DNA of 64,000 bases from Marsupella aquatica (Eukaryota; Plantae; Marchantiophyta). Below are positions 23,565-36,969 of the stretch, piece after piece (position 1 is the stretch's first letter; every line of letters begins with the position of its first letter). Made by a program: the position numbers and the translations under genes. The notes beneath the pieces were generated by a model that worked only from the letters and a program-made list of their open reading frames with translations, was not told the origin of the DNA and did no database searches. The stretch spans positions 4,178,944 through 4,242,943 of the forward strand of contig OZ316894.1 in NCBI GenBank assembly GCA_973895155.1, given 5' to 3'.

Positions 23565-25269
23565 AATGTTTTAGTGCCATCCAGGTTCACACAATGAATA
23601 AATTGTTATTAGAATCATGGACCTAACTAACAATCAAGATATTTTTTTGGGTCCTGGCGAAGCCCTGACTAATTTTGTCATGTCAATGTTAAGAAGACTC
23701 TGACCTCTACCTACTTCTCCTGCACCCAACCTACAGTAGTCTTCTCATGCCTGATCCAGAGCTAATTTTTCTGGGCTTAATCAAACTGTGTAAAGGCTAT
23801 CCATAGCTAGTATTTTTCTGGGCTTAATCAAACTGTGTAAAGGCTATCCAAAGCTAGTTTTTCAGGGTCTAATAAACCTACATTGAACTCAAAATCTAAA
23901 GTATACAAGGGATACACCTTGGTAAGACACATTGAATTAAAATACACAAGAAAAGAAGTTTGAATAAGACAAAATATTGGAAGATGGATTCACCATATAG
24001 GAGTCTCATTGCTTGTACCTCGTATCCGTGTCCTGATTCTGTGCCCACACTCCTTCAGTGCATTTTATACTCTACTAAGAGTGGGCATGCATTTATCAGT
24101 GAATGCGATTTCAGGAGTTTATGCATTTACATATAAGTGCATACAATTACTTATCAAGGGTAAGCGCTAATATAGTTGTCCTTCAGCAAAATGATTTTAG
24201 CCCTGTGTGTGCTTAGAAAAAAACACTTGAAAAGCACTTCTCCAGTGTGAAAAAATGGGAGAACAAGATGACATGCACTAATCAAGGGTAAGCACTTATG
24301 GAGTGTGTAGTGTGTGCTGAGCCCGGCCCTGAGCAAGAGTTCAATGTAGGTTGATTAGACCAGAAGCAATACCTGGTTTAGTGCACGCCAGATCAGTCTT
24401 CCCCGGAGGGTGCACTATATATTAAGGTTATCCAAAGCTAATATTTTAGGGACTACTGAGGGAAGCTTCTAGACCATTGAAATTGGGGGTGCCAACGGAA
24501 AACACGTGCACTAGGCAGGGTGCGCGTGAGTCTCTGAAAAGGATCGAGGGGCGCTTGAATGAGCGCTTGAATGTACATAGCTCTTTTACGTTATTGGGAA
24601 GGGGCACTCTAATGTCCACCTTTTTTTCAATCCTTTGCTGGCCAGCCAATACTGAACATTGAGCTAGAAACTCAGTCTCTAGTCTGTTTCTGGTCCACCC
24701 AACCTACAGTAGTACAGAAAATGTGTGGCTCCTCAGTAGTGCCTGAAACATAATGTAGTCTTCACCCTTATTATTTTAAATACTTTGCTGACTAGCCAAT
24801 TATCTACTTCAAACTAGAAGACTCGACGGCTATATAAGATCTCTAAGTACATGGCCTCCTTTATCAGTTGGCTGTCATTTTTCTCAGTTTCATTTAGATC
24901 GAGCTCGACAAGTCACGATTAGCAACCTGCAGGCAAATGGCTTATATATATCGCTACATTCTAACGAGAGCAGAGGCGGGCCAACAGTTTGTCGAGAGAT
25001 CATGCATCATGTAGAAACAGCTTGATTTGTGACCCAGGGAGATCGAAGAATTGGGTGAGCAGCTACTAACTTCCAATCCGAAGGCAAGGCAATACCACCA
25101 CAATCTGTCAAGAACACAAAAGGCAAACGTTTGGTCACAAGGCGAAAGCTTAATTTGCGACTCACAAAGAGTGAGAAATTGATTGAGCACCTGCGATTTC
25201 CAGGGATTTCTAACGAAATTTACATTAAATATAATCATTCCAAAGTTATCTCAGAGAACTTTGCTCATC

Positions 25270-26115
25270 ATGTCATCTGTGAGCCCTCTGTGGCAGAACA
25301 CAATTGGAAGTCGTCGAGAAGATCACCATGCGAAACCTCTCCAACCTACGGCGGAGACTAAGGAATTGTGTGAGGAGCTACTTGCAGGCATTCCTAATGA
25401 CGTCACGTTGCACATGATCATTCCAAAGACACCATGGCAAACTTTGCAGGTCATGCCATCTGTGAGCAGAGCGTGGCAGCACGTAATCGAAAGTCGACAG
25501 GCTTATGACGCTCGAGTTCGCTCACACTCAACCGAAGAACTTGGGGTGCTTCAAGACTTTAGTTGCTATAAGCAAAAGATAGTCGGCAGGCTCTATATCC
25601 GTAGCACAAGGGCCAAACAATCGGGCAAACAACCATCCCATCTGTATCTGCTCCCAAAAATCCCAGAACTTGGTGACACAGGAATCCCTCGATATTGCAA
25701 CATCGTCAGTCTGGATGGTAAAATCTATGTTTTGGGAGGGGTCAAGAAGCGGGTCAAGGATCGCACAGGTAAAGTTCAGTATGGCAGTGTGAGAGTTTTC
25801 GTACTCGATTTGGCAGGACAGAAGCCTTGGAAGGAGTGTGCGAGCATGCTACAACCCCGGTTGTTCTTGAATCCTTCCGAAGACTGGTTTCTGTCTGAGA
25901 GTGAAGGAGGTTGGATGGAAAGTGGATGTCATGTCAAAGACGGGAGAATCTACGTGGTTGGCGGCAGGCGTGATCTCACAACTGTAAGTCCAGATATCCA
26001 GTATGTGGAAAATAAATGCGGATGGGAGGTGTATGATCCTAATTTAGATACGTGGTCCACGATAGAACCAGCAATAAGGTCTACGTGGATCGTTCCTAAT
26101 ACTTTGGAACTTTAG
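25270..26115 (+). CDS. F-box/kelch-repeat protein, possibly truncated
   Basis: F-box LLAGIPNDVTLHMII...SVSRAW. Kelch motifs DGKIYVLGG...WKECASM and DGRIYVVGG...EVYDPNLDTW. Only two clear kelch repeats precede the stop, and the start codon is uncertain. Confidence 0.8.
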   Translation: MSSVSPLWQNTIGSRREDHHAKPLQPTAETKELCEELLAGIPNDVTLHMIIPKTPWQTLQVMPSVSRAWQHVIESRQAYDARVRSHSTEELGVLQDFSCYKQKIVGRLYIRSTRAKQSGKQPSHLYLLPKIPELGDTGIPRYCNIVSLDGKIYVLGGVKKRVKDRTGKVQYGSVRVFVLDLAGQKPWKECASMLQPRLFLNPSEDWFLSESEGGWMESGCHVKDGRIYVVGGRRDLTTVSPDIQYVENKCGWEVYDPNLDTWSTIEPAIRSTWIVPNTLEL

Positions 26116-26650
26116 CATTCCAATAACCCTGCCCGGTAATCACAGATCAAAATGTGATAGTATTTAAAGAAACTAACGAGGATTATCAATGATACACGGT
26201 ACTGCAGTTACCGAGACCCTTCGAACAGGTGATCACGATAGAATCTAATCACGTGAGACACCGGTGATCACGATAGAATCTAATCATGTGAGACAGGAGG
26301 TTTGTGGTGCGTGACAGAACCGATAATAACGTTTGCAACGATCGCACGTGATTTCTTGGAAGTTTAGACGTTACTAGCTGAGTGCAGCTTGGCGTATTTG
26401 GCAGTGTACCTGCATCTCAACATCTTAGTAGCATCGCTGGACGAAGGATGAGGCTTTTTCACAGACCATTTTAGTTCAATTTCCAACACTAGTTTAGATC
26501 GTACAAGTTAAGCTTGGGCGTGATCGGTACTTTATACCAACTCTTCAAACTACGATCCCAATTTGAGTGGAATCAAAGAGTTGTCCGAAAATGTCGTGTG
26601 TTCGTGTTTACTTTTGTGGCACTTTTTCAGAAAATTTTGCGTGGTAAAGT

Positions 26651-27066
26651 TGGTGTTTTCTTCCAATAGGAATTGAAACGAAGATGGACTGAGCTTGTGA
26701 AACTTACAATCTCCTTGTTAGATTTGGTGCTTTCTTCCAATAGGAATTGAAACGAGGATGAACTGAGCTTGTGAAACATACAATCTCCTTGGTAAATTTG
26801 GTGCTTTCTTCCAATAGGAATTGAAACTTGGATGGACTGAGCTTGTGAATCATACCATCTCCATGGACCGTGACACCCTTTACACTGTCACCTTTCCCTC
26901 GATTCGACAAACAAAAGCGGTCATTGTCGAAACTTATCTTACAACATGTCGTTCCGGTCACAAATTGGTGACACCCTTTACACTGTCACCTTTCCCTCGA
27001 TTCGACAAACAAAAGCGGTCATTGTCGAAACTTATCTTACAACATGTCGTTCCGGTCACAAATTGT
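26651..27066. repeat. Adjacent tandem repeats (~74 bp x ~3, then 98 bp x 2)
   Basis: TTCTTCCAATAGGAATTGAAAC three times. GTGACACCCTTTACACTG...CACAAATTG twice (26870, 26968). Confidence 0.9.
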
Positions 27067-27221
27067 CTCGGTCGATCACAAGTCTTGCTCTAAACGCAGT
27101 ACACTGATTTTGCTAATTAGTCTCAGATTTACGTACGTGGTCATTACTAGCCGCAAGCTAGCTATATACGTGTTAAAAAAGGTTCAGAGGAGGGCAACTA
27201 TACTGCTTCTACTTCGGTTGG

Positions 27222-30200
27222 TCACCATCTGACGTTCTTGGTGCCGAGGCGCAGAGCAATGTAGAAGATTATTCGGTAGGCCACCACAAAGGCGATCATA
27301 ACAAGAATGTTCATCGTTTGATTGACCTTCCCTCCAACTAGTTCGTGCAATACCTTGGCAGAATCCATGCCACTGTGCCAGACAGTTCCCTTCAAGCTCT
27401 CGAACTCATTGGCCAGCAGACTCTCGTAAGAGTACTTGAACAAAGAGAGATAGTGCAGCCACAGCCAGTAGCATGGTATGTCCGTCCTGTCATCAATCAA
27501 TTAAAGTTGCCACAACAGCAGACCAAACATCAGACGTGCTTTTCAACCCACAAACGACTTTGACTCAAACATGCCAAAGGAAATATGTCCATTTCACGCA
27601 TAAGGAATTGCGAAATGACCCAATTGGGCATTATTAAACTACAACAAACATGTCCATTCCACGCATAAGGAATTGCCAAATGACCCAATTGGGCATTATT
27701 AAACTACAACAGTCCACCTGAAACACAGCAAATTTAAGTGTGGAAAGACTACGAAAGAAGGAACTGGGTAGAATGTACAAGTTGTAGAGAATCTTATTAT
27801 TTAAGACAACGTATTAAACCCTACCCTTTAAAATAGCAGGCAAAATAATATATTCAACTATTGGTGAATACCCTCAGACATTCTTAAGTTCCAGCAATTA
27901 AGAAAATGAAATCAAATTAAGTGGAAACGACTAGGCCAATTAGGCAATGATGTGTTTCTTAAATCAAAAAGTTACAGAAGGCTGGGTTAGGATAACAATT
28001 ATGATATAGTGGAAGAAGTCGAAGAACTAACAGAGGATTCACCGATAACTGAATTTCGTACCTGTTGATGAAGAAGCCCGAGAAGAGGAACATGTAAGCC
28101 GTGGAGCCGCCCACCACAGCTAGAGCGACAGTGAAATTCGGAAATAACGCACTGATCATCGTCACAAGAGCATTGGACATTGAGAGCACCAGGAAGATGA
28201 CTGTGGTGAAGAAGAAAATGGCACCAGTCTGATTTGCAAGGCCCACAGCAAAGTACGAGAGTCCAGTGCAAATGGCTGCTAGCAAGAGGAAGAAGGGCTG
28301 CCCCACCAAAGCGTGGGAGAGCACATAAGACGACGTCCGATAGGCCCCTCTCGATGTCTCACGTATGAAGATTTGCCTCTCGAGAAGAAAGATCGGTAAC
28401 GCCTCTGTGGATGTGAACACGAGTATTGCTAGTGTGAAAATCAGGAATACTTGCCGGTTCCGGATTCCTTTCAGGCTTATTGGACTATGGCAGAAGAGGC
28501 TCACCAAGACAAGGCCGGTCAGAACCTGTCACCAAACCACACCAAAATTCATCCCCGGTCTTTCAGATTCCCGTCTATTCCAGAAATTAGGAATCCAGTC
28601 AAACTCTCCGTTGCCCATGTGATCAGGTTGTTTAGGAATATCATCAGGCAAAGAACGCTAATTGCAGGCACTTTTTAGAAATTTTAACGTTGATGGAGGG
28701 TAATTAGTCGATGATCAGCGAAATCTAGAAAGCTGAGGGTTTAGTTTCTGAAATCAAATGTTCAAAGGAGAAACAAGTACGGAAGTACCGTTACGCCAAC
28801 TCGAGTAAGGAAGAGTGTTCGAGTACGGAAAATGTTGTAGAAGTTGCGCTTTGAGAGCACCATGAACTCCGAAAGGAAGGAAGTAGGGTATCTCCTGCGC
28901 CGACGCTTTGGTAGTGATACCAGGCCTTCATCCACTTCTTTTGGTATTTCCACATCCTCAACTAAGCCCAAAAACTTTCTTCTGTCCTTCTGTACTCATG
29001 GACATGTCCATTAAAATGATTATTTTATGTCAGTCTCTTGCTTCCAATTAATTTTTTGACATTTGTGAGCTCTTGAGCTGCAGAAAAAGTGGTAGGCTAC
29101 CAACATTCCATCTTGACCCAGCCTGTGAACGTACATTCGTCATTAATGAAACCAATTCGTCGTACTTCTGTACGACCATCGAATGATCATGCAATCATTC
29201 CCAATATCTTCGAAGGAAGTACACGCCGCTTGAACTTCAGGCAATTCATGAAGCCTTGACAGCAAGTTCCAGTCAAAAGAATTCAAATGCCACCTAGCAC
29301 TGTTTACATACCTCATGGACGATCAGTTTGTTGAGACCTTCAGGATAGTTCTCGAACTCGGCAATGGTGTCTAGGGCATACTCCACTACGTTTACCTGCT
29401 TTAGACAAGGGTGCATTCACTGGTGATTGTCCATAACAGCTCAGTATCTGACTAAGCTTATATTCGGTCACAATGCATCTGAAAGTAATCTTACTTTTTT
29501 CTGAATGAACTTTCGATCGCTGTAGCCGTGTCGGAAATGCCAGCGATAGATGTTCTACCCAAAACCCAACTCTCACATTCATATTCGTACTGTGCATTAA
29601 AACGGGAGTCACAGACGGAAACCAACTTTCTGGTAGATGACTACTTGGTGATGACAGGAAATTTGGAACTCTAGCGAGGCAGAAATTATCACTTTGCATT
29701 CATCACAAACCGGGTGGTGAAGGCTTAATGATGATGCGATGATGCGATGATGCAAAATTGTAATGACATCTATTCAAGTCTATTCACATCAAATCCTTGA
29801 ATCCAAGACGCGGGATGCGTTTGTTGTTCTATGACTCGAACGATTAAGTCGTACGCATAAGCCCACGTCGACTTGTAAGAACAATCATCGACGCACACGA
29901 AACGTACATGTTCGGGCATGGGACGGCCCTGCAGGGTTGTGAAGTGGTCCACGATGCCGGAGGCGTGGCCGTGGTACACAACGCTTCCCTTGGCTAGTAC
30001 GAGCATGTTGTGTATGGCGCCAAGCATTCGGTAACTTGGTTGGTGCACAGTAAGGACAACCGTGTGCCTTCTCTTCACAGCCAGCCGACACAACGATTCC
30101 ATCACCTGCCAATATTCAATTATGGTAAGTACGATCATACGCTCCTACGCAATTAATTATGTCAAGCCCTCAACTCACGCTACGGTATTCCAAAACCTAA

Positions 30201-33200
30201 GTAGTGGTAGAGCACGCAATTCTACCCCACCGTGAAGTTGACACATAACAAACTTGACCACTGCAATACTCTCAGCGGCACAACATTATACCGTAATGGT
30301 ACGTGGGGTCCATCAATTATCGTAACACAGTCGCCTTCTACGATTTTCCTACGGTGGGAAAGGACTCTAATCAATTATCGTAACACAGTCGCCTTCTACG
30401 ATTTTCCTACGGTGGGAAAGGACTCTAATCTGTCTTAATGAGGCGAATATTAGATTCTTTGCCGGCATGTCTTTCATTAATGGATCATGGTGCAGCTCGA
30501 TTTTGCCGATCTGACAGTAGTCTGCTTCAAGGTAGAAACTAACATTGGATTCGTACGCCAGGTAAGTGAAGCCGGATCCACGGCGGCATAGGCAAAATCA
30601 GTAAATTTGTAGAGGGACACTGCATGAATGAAAAACTCGACCTACAGGTACGATCAAGCTTTTCAGGTAACGCCGAACCTAATTTTTTATGTTGTCGAGG
30701 CTGCGGTACGAAAGAGAACACGTACTCATGCCTCTGAATGAAACCTGCTCCTCATGGTTTTAGAACTTGTAAGCATACAAATCTGCTCCTCATGGTTTTA
30801 GAACTTGTAAGCATACATGAGTGAGTACGGAGTCCTGCCTAGTGAGGAGAAAAGGCCTGACTCGAGCGGCATCACACTCTCGCACGACAATGTCCTTAAA
30901 TGACCTCATTGGCGCCCATGTGACGGACACATTTCTGGTGGAGTAGAAAACAAGGGTACGTAGGCATTGATGTACTACCGTGCATGACACTCTACCGTGA
31001 ATGACACTCTTATTCTTAATGCTGGTAAACTAGTATATATGGACGGCAGCGTTAGAAATGTCTGTCAGCGAACAACCTCCACTAACAAGAGTTTCGATCC
31101 AAGAAAAAAATCTGATCGAGAGTTTGGAGACATGTGAGAAAGTATAATGCAACCTGACAGAATTCTTGAATGAGTGCTTTGAGAAAAGTTCTTCCCAATA
31201 GTTACATCCACCAATACACTCACTACTGCAGCCCCGTAACATGCACAACCTACGGCATTCGGTGGTTTTGGGGATTTACTCATGGTGTTTAAAGCACCAG
31301 ACGTTTATAAGATGATACACGTTACTTAGGATGTCATTTGCTACATGTTTGTGATCCAGTTTGACGTTTCTACAAGTTGAAACTCCCCCAGGAGCTTAAC
31401 GCGAAATCAACGAGGTAAAAGTCTTGAAGGGTCCGGGGCCTTACTTGTAGTGCAGACGTGCTGTCCAGGCCTGATGTCGGTTCGTCCAGGAGAAGTACAG
31501 GCGGATTATGAATGACATCCACTCCGATGGACAGGCGTCTCCTCTCTCCGCCAGAAATACCACGGGCCTGCTCTGTTCGAAAGTTCGAAACGTCAAATCT
31601 GCCCCTCCATGTGAGGTCTCATACAATTGCTCTCGAAAGACCATTAAAATTAGCATGCAAATTTAAGCAGACCACGGACAGGCGAACATTCACTTCAACA
31701 TGCTTGCTCAGCACACAATCCACCTGTGCATACCTTCTCGTCTCCCACCCGCGTATCACAACATGCAGTGAGGCCCAGTTCCTCAATCAGAGCCTTCACC
31801 CTTTCCAGCTTCTGCTCCTTCGTGACATAGTTAGGTACCCTCAACTGAGCACTGAACATCAAGATCTCTTTCACTGTCAGCACTGGAAACAAAGCATCTT
31901 CCTGCGTACACATGCAAATCCAAAGTTTCAGAATGGTTGCCTACAAGCGTGCAGCCTCTCGTTCAAAAGGAATAAGAGTGCAACAGAGACAAATCTCTCC
32001 GAGCTCCATAACGAGGAGAACCCAAAGAGAATGGGTTAACCTATTTTGCGGAGTGACCCCAGAACGTGAACGGCCACTCTAAAGTGCCCTGGATCTCCGT
32101 AAATCACCAGTAAATCATTGCAAGGCCAAGTCTACTGCCAGATTACATTCTCGTGTGCTAATACTAAGCTTTTGAGGCTAACAGCGAGTGACAAGGTCAA
32201 GGTTTGAAGAGCAAAACTTCGTTGACAATTTGGAAAAATAAATCTAACTCTGTATTAAATTCTCATTAGAGCTTCATAGTTAATTGATTGCCCATCACCT
32301 ATCTCAAAAAGTTCCAATTGACGGATTCGGCTGCGTATACAATATGGACGACCAGATTTACAGGTTTCGGATCAGGTCAGCCTTATGGTCAACAATCTTC
32401 CTCGAATCGTTAGGGAACAGACTGGGATCAGGGTATGTGAAGGTGAGCCGCTTGCGGCAAATCCCGTCCTGATGAAGCTGAAACATCTACTGCAGACAAA
32501 ACTCTGTACAACTGAAGTCCTGGAAAAAGTATGGAACAATTGTCGTATTCATTTGGTTCAAAAGAACATCAAGGAGAGGTCTGATAGTCTCAGCGAACCA
32601 ACAAAACATCAACACACAGTGGGCTGCCATAAACTATTGTAAAAATTGCATTACGTGCTTTGAACAGTCTTGACCATGTTACGTACTTGCATGACATAGC
32701 CTGAGATTGACTTCAGTCCGTCAGCGACGCGCATTCCATTCACTAGAATAGAGCCTTCCAGGCTTCTGTGGTCGATCCTGCCTGCCAGTGCGTCCAGCAG
32801 GGTAGTCTTCGACGAACCAGAGCGGCCAATGATGGCAAGAACCTCACTGTGGTTGGCCCTGGCGTTGACGCTGTTCAGCAGCACCTTCTTCCCCGCCACA
32901 TCCTTGCGGCTGCCGCCTACATTCACCTAAATTTTGCATCGTCCCACCAAAAATGGACTCATAAATTCAATAGAGGCTCGACAACATAAGTACTTGTCAA
33001 GCTCACCCAGGAAAAATAAATATATAGGGCCCTCAGCAGTGTCGGATAGTGAATGCCAAAACATTCATCAGAGAGGCTCTAGATCATTGAACTCAAACAT
33101 GTCAATCCTAGAACTGATCAGTTTCCTACGATGACCTGTCCTTCAGGAATACATCTACCGTAATACCCAGTCTAACTGAGAGAGATCACAACCTGAGCTC

Positions 33201-33680
33201 CAAGTCTGCCAGGGAGAAAGAGCCCGGGACAAAGGGACGTATAATGAGGCGTTGTAAATTTGCCAGAGGAGTTGCAGCTACCATTCGGGCTCGTGCCAAG
33301 AAGGCAAAACAGCACCAAGACCTGAGCTGAGAACTCACCATGAGAATGTGCAATTTGTCAAACCCACCTTATAACTTTAGACGGGGGTTTTACCTTGTAT
33401 GACAAATTGTGAATCCCGAGGTCATATACTGCGCGCCTCCTGGTCATAGGCTTGGAGTTGGACCGGTCCACAACAGTCTTGAACGAGTCCGTCGAGACAA
33501 TGGACACCTGATCGAAGCTTCGATCCATTGAAGCTGTTGATTTAGTATGACCAACAATATTTGCCCAGTCGTCGTAGATGGGATTCACGAACTGGTGCCG
33601 GGGAGAATCTGCAGGACTTGTTACCAATTCCTCATTTAGGTCGAGATGCCTGACTCTCTGGCTAAATATTTCCTGGGCCT
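27222..33680 (-). CDS. ABCG (WBC-type) half-size ABC transporter
   Basis: GT-AG exons: ~33680-33394, 32926-32687, 31901-31734, 31567-31445, 30105-29908, 29395-29312, 28989-28789, 28525-28062, 27486-27222. Motifs [48 protein letters not shown]. True start not resolved. Confidence 0.95.
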
Positions 33681-36600
33681 GCTCAGGTCCAACATGCGAA
33701 GATCAAGACAGTCAAAACCACTTTCAAACTGCATTCCCGCCCTCAACATTCTACTTGTCCGCCGCTTCGTCAACTTGGGGTCAAATTCACATGCACCGAC
33801 TCGATAAGGAATCAATACGTTGGTTCATTGTCAATTGTATGGCTTGCCCCTGCCGATCTAGCTAATAATGGCATGCAATGGTGTTTGGAAGAAACGTTTG
33901 GGATATCCAGCCACAACTATACAGCGAGCTAACAACATTCACTGCCCACAATCACCGTACCTCATCGAAGATAGCATTGCAACCGCGCGGCATCTTGCTC
34001 CCTCGATCGCTCTACTGTCAACTGCCCTTTTTCCTCAGACTTTCCTGTGAGGGTATCCTCCGCCTGATATTTATCGGCAAGACGAGTAATTGGACCAGAC
34101 CTCAAAACTTCACAGACCTCGTCACCGCATTTCGACCTTCAAAGTTTCCAGACAAGAACTGTATTCAATCTCCTGTCCTCTAGGCGTGTTGCAGGGACTG
34201 CATTGAGGGCGGTGCTGCAGCAGCTCCACCGGTTTTCAAAGTGAGATCGCTGACTTCGCACCCGATCTCGTGTAACTTCCTCTCCTGCTGCTCCACATCA
34301 TTCTCTGCAGATGCTGTGGAATTAATTCTTACTACCGCCCCGCTTTCAAACACTGTTCAAAGCGTTTCATTGGCAGTCAGCAGATGATCTCGAACTATCT
34401 CAGCTGCAGCAGACAGACAGATCGTCAGTCATGCAGCTGCACTAATTCAAGTTAGATCTCTCTCTCAGCTGCTGCACCAGCACCAACAGGGGTGACGGGA
34501 ACGAAATGTTGCAATTCCTCGTATCCCTCCTACTCATTCATTCCCTTCTCATTCATCTGCCTTGTCCAGTCGAATACGGCGCACCAATAAATGCCATCAC
34601 TCTCCAATTTGGTGTGATGGCGGCACCAGTCCTACTGCATGCGCAATTTTGTCAGAGGGCAACTCCCATCCGCCAGCCAGAAGTAAAAGCTCCGAACGGG
34701 GTTCGCCCACTCCACACCTCACCCTCTCAGAATCACAGAATCACTTCATTCACTTCGAGTGCTCCATAATAATTATACAACCAAACCGTAACATCGATCG
34801 ACGTTCCCAAATAAAAATACTGTTGACTGTCTGAAATATGTATACCAATACTAAGTGAAGGTCACTTTACCGTATGGCCCAAAAATTCGCCCATATACCT
34901 GATGCTCTAAGCTGGGCATGTGTCCCCTGTGTTCACAAACCATGGAAGCGAACCAATTTTAAGGAGTTCACGAGAGAGCGCTGGTCGTTTTTTCCCTGTT
35001 TTCTGGGATTGGCTATATTGTTTAAACCACCACGACTGTTGGTTTTTTTCCATGTTTTCAAGGACCGGCTATTTTGTTTTAACACTCGTTTAAACCACCA
35101 CTAGGGGTGACAAAGTCTGGATTGATTTCACAAGGTGTCACCATAAGTAGTACCTTTTTCCTGTTTGTTGAGACCATCACTAACCATGACAATGCCCGGA
35201 TCCACCAAGTTTCACCATAACTAGTACCCTTTTCTTCAGATTGTGGAGCAAATGGCACCTCAGGAGTAAAATGAATGGAATGTTGAAAGGGATAAGTTTG
35301 GGGCACTTCAGTCCCCCTTTTATATGGCTAGTGGCGGATTTAAATCAGCGGAAGGATGTTAGCCTTGCCAGGTCACAGTAAGGGGTTTATAGTCTAGGTT
35401 TAATGCTACTAGCAAGCAATTTCACAACCGTATTTCTCCCTCACATGAGTGGGACCTTGCCTTCTCTACACTACGTATCTCAAAAATCCTCTAGCTACTT
35501 AGTACGATTAATCTATAGGTTGCTATCAACTTGGCCATTAATTCCTTGCCTTGACCACACTTCCCGCCACACTTCCTTGCATCACTTATTGACACGTATT
35601 TGCCTCAGCTTGACAAACTAAGGAGATGATAATTATAGGAAGAGGGAGAATGAGGGAGTTTCTGTAGAGCATAGAGGAGTGAGAGAGCAAGACAGTGCTA
35701 CTTCATTCAATTTGTGTGACCAACCGCTTGATCCTGGCTTGGGTGACCAATGGGGTAGCTACGTAGGTGGAAACTCGAGTGGAATGATATGCTTGATGTT
35801 TGTTGGATGCTCTCTTGACTTCTCTCTTATTATCTCACGGCTTAGTTCGAAGCAAAAGTGTATACACAATCTGTATTACTTACAGTGTATAATCCCCTTC
35901 CTTGGAATGTCTTATTATTATTATTATTATCTTTCTTGGAACTCTTCTACTATGAGACTTGCTGTGAGGCTAGTAAGAGGCTTGTAACTAAGGCCCATTG
36001 TAAGGCGTCTAGATTTTAGTGAGAGCAGCTTGTCATGCACACAAAATGGCAACATACTAGATTTCTTGATCAGATAGTATTCATATTTGCACGTACCATA
36101 ATTAAAAATGACTTTCATTCTGAACCTAAAAGTGATGAGTCCAAACTCCGGCCCAAAGTCATTTAGCTTTTGACGCCTTGATTGTCTTGCTAACCATCTA
36201 TACTTCCCTTGCTCACTTCCACAGACCTCACAGCGTATTACCCTTCACCCTGGGATGACCTGACCCTTAACCTGACCCTTAAGTACCACCCCTAATACAT
36301 TTGAGGGTGACTACATGCAGAGTCTAGATGCTTTTGGGATGCTCAGACCCTGCATGTAGGCTAGGGGTGCCAGCCTGAATATACCAAGCCACTTTGAGGG
36401 TTATAAAAACATCACAATACCATATTACTCATATTAACAGTGCATCAAGTTGCACGGATGACCAAAAATTATGACTGAAAGGTAAGGCTCAAATGAGCCT
36501 AAATGTATATTTTCACTCATCATGCAGTCTGTGATAAATATCAGTCACTAAAGTATATGTGAGATTTTCAGGTTCATATGCATACAGTCATAAGAGCATC

Positions 36601-36744
36601 CACAAAGGTTCATGGGCCGGGGACCTACATCGCTAGTACTTTGGGGTGACATTGGCCTGCAACTTCCCCCCAGACTTTCCCCAGGCCCAAGTTTATTTTG
36701 GCCCTTACACCAGTGCCACACAAACCAAAGTTGCAGGTTAAAAA

Positions 36745-36969
36745 TATCACTTGCGACATTTTTAGGCCTCAAACCCCCTAAAATGTAAGAAATGTTTTGA
36801 CCCCTATAAAGTTGGAAATTTCCAAACCATAATAGACTTATAAATCTCAAAATTAGATTTAAAAGACTCTATTATTTTTCTGAGAAAATTCTTAAGTCTC
36901 CCTTAGAACCAATAAAGCAATCATATCCTTTGTCGCACATGATTTGCCATTTTGTGAAAGTGAACCCCC
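36745..36969 (-). repeat. Dispersed repeat or TE terminus, copy 2
   Basis: Reverse-complement homolog of 5948-6210. Confidence 0.75.

Noticed and set aside
36361-36400. TPP riboswitch-like start AGGGGTGC...CTGA
   Set aside because: Lacks CTGAGA and the downstream ACCTG...TAAT...CG.AGG half.
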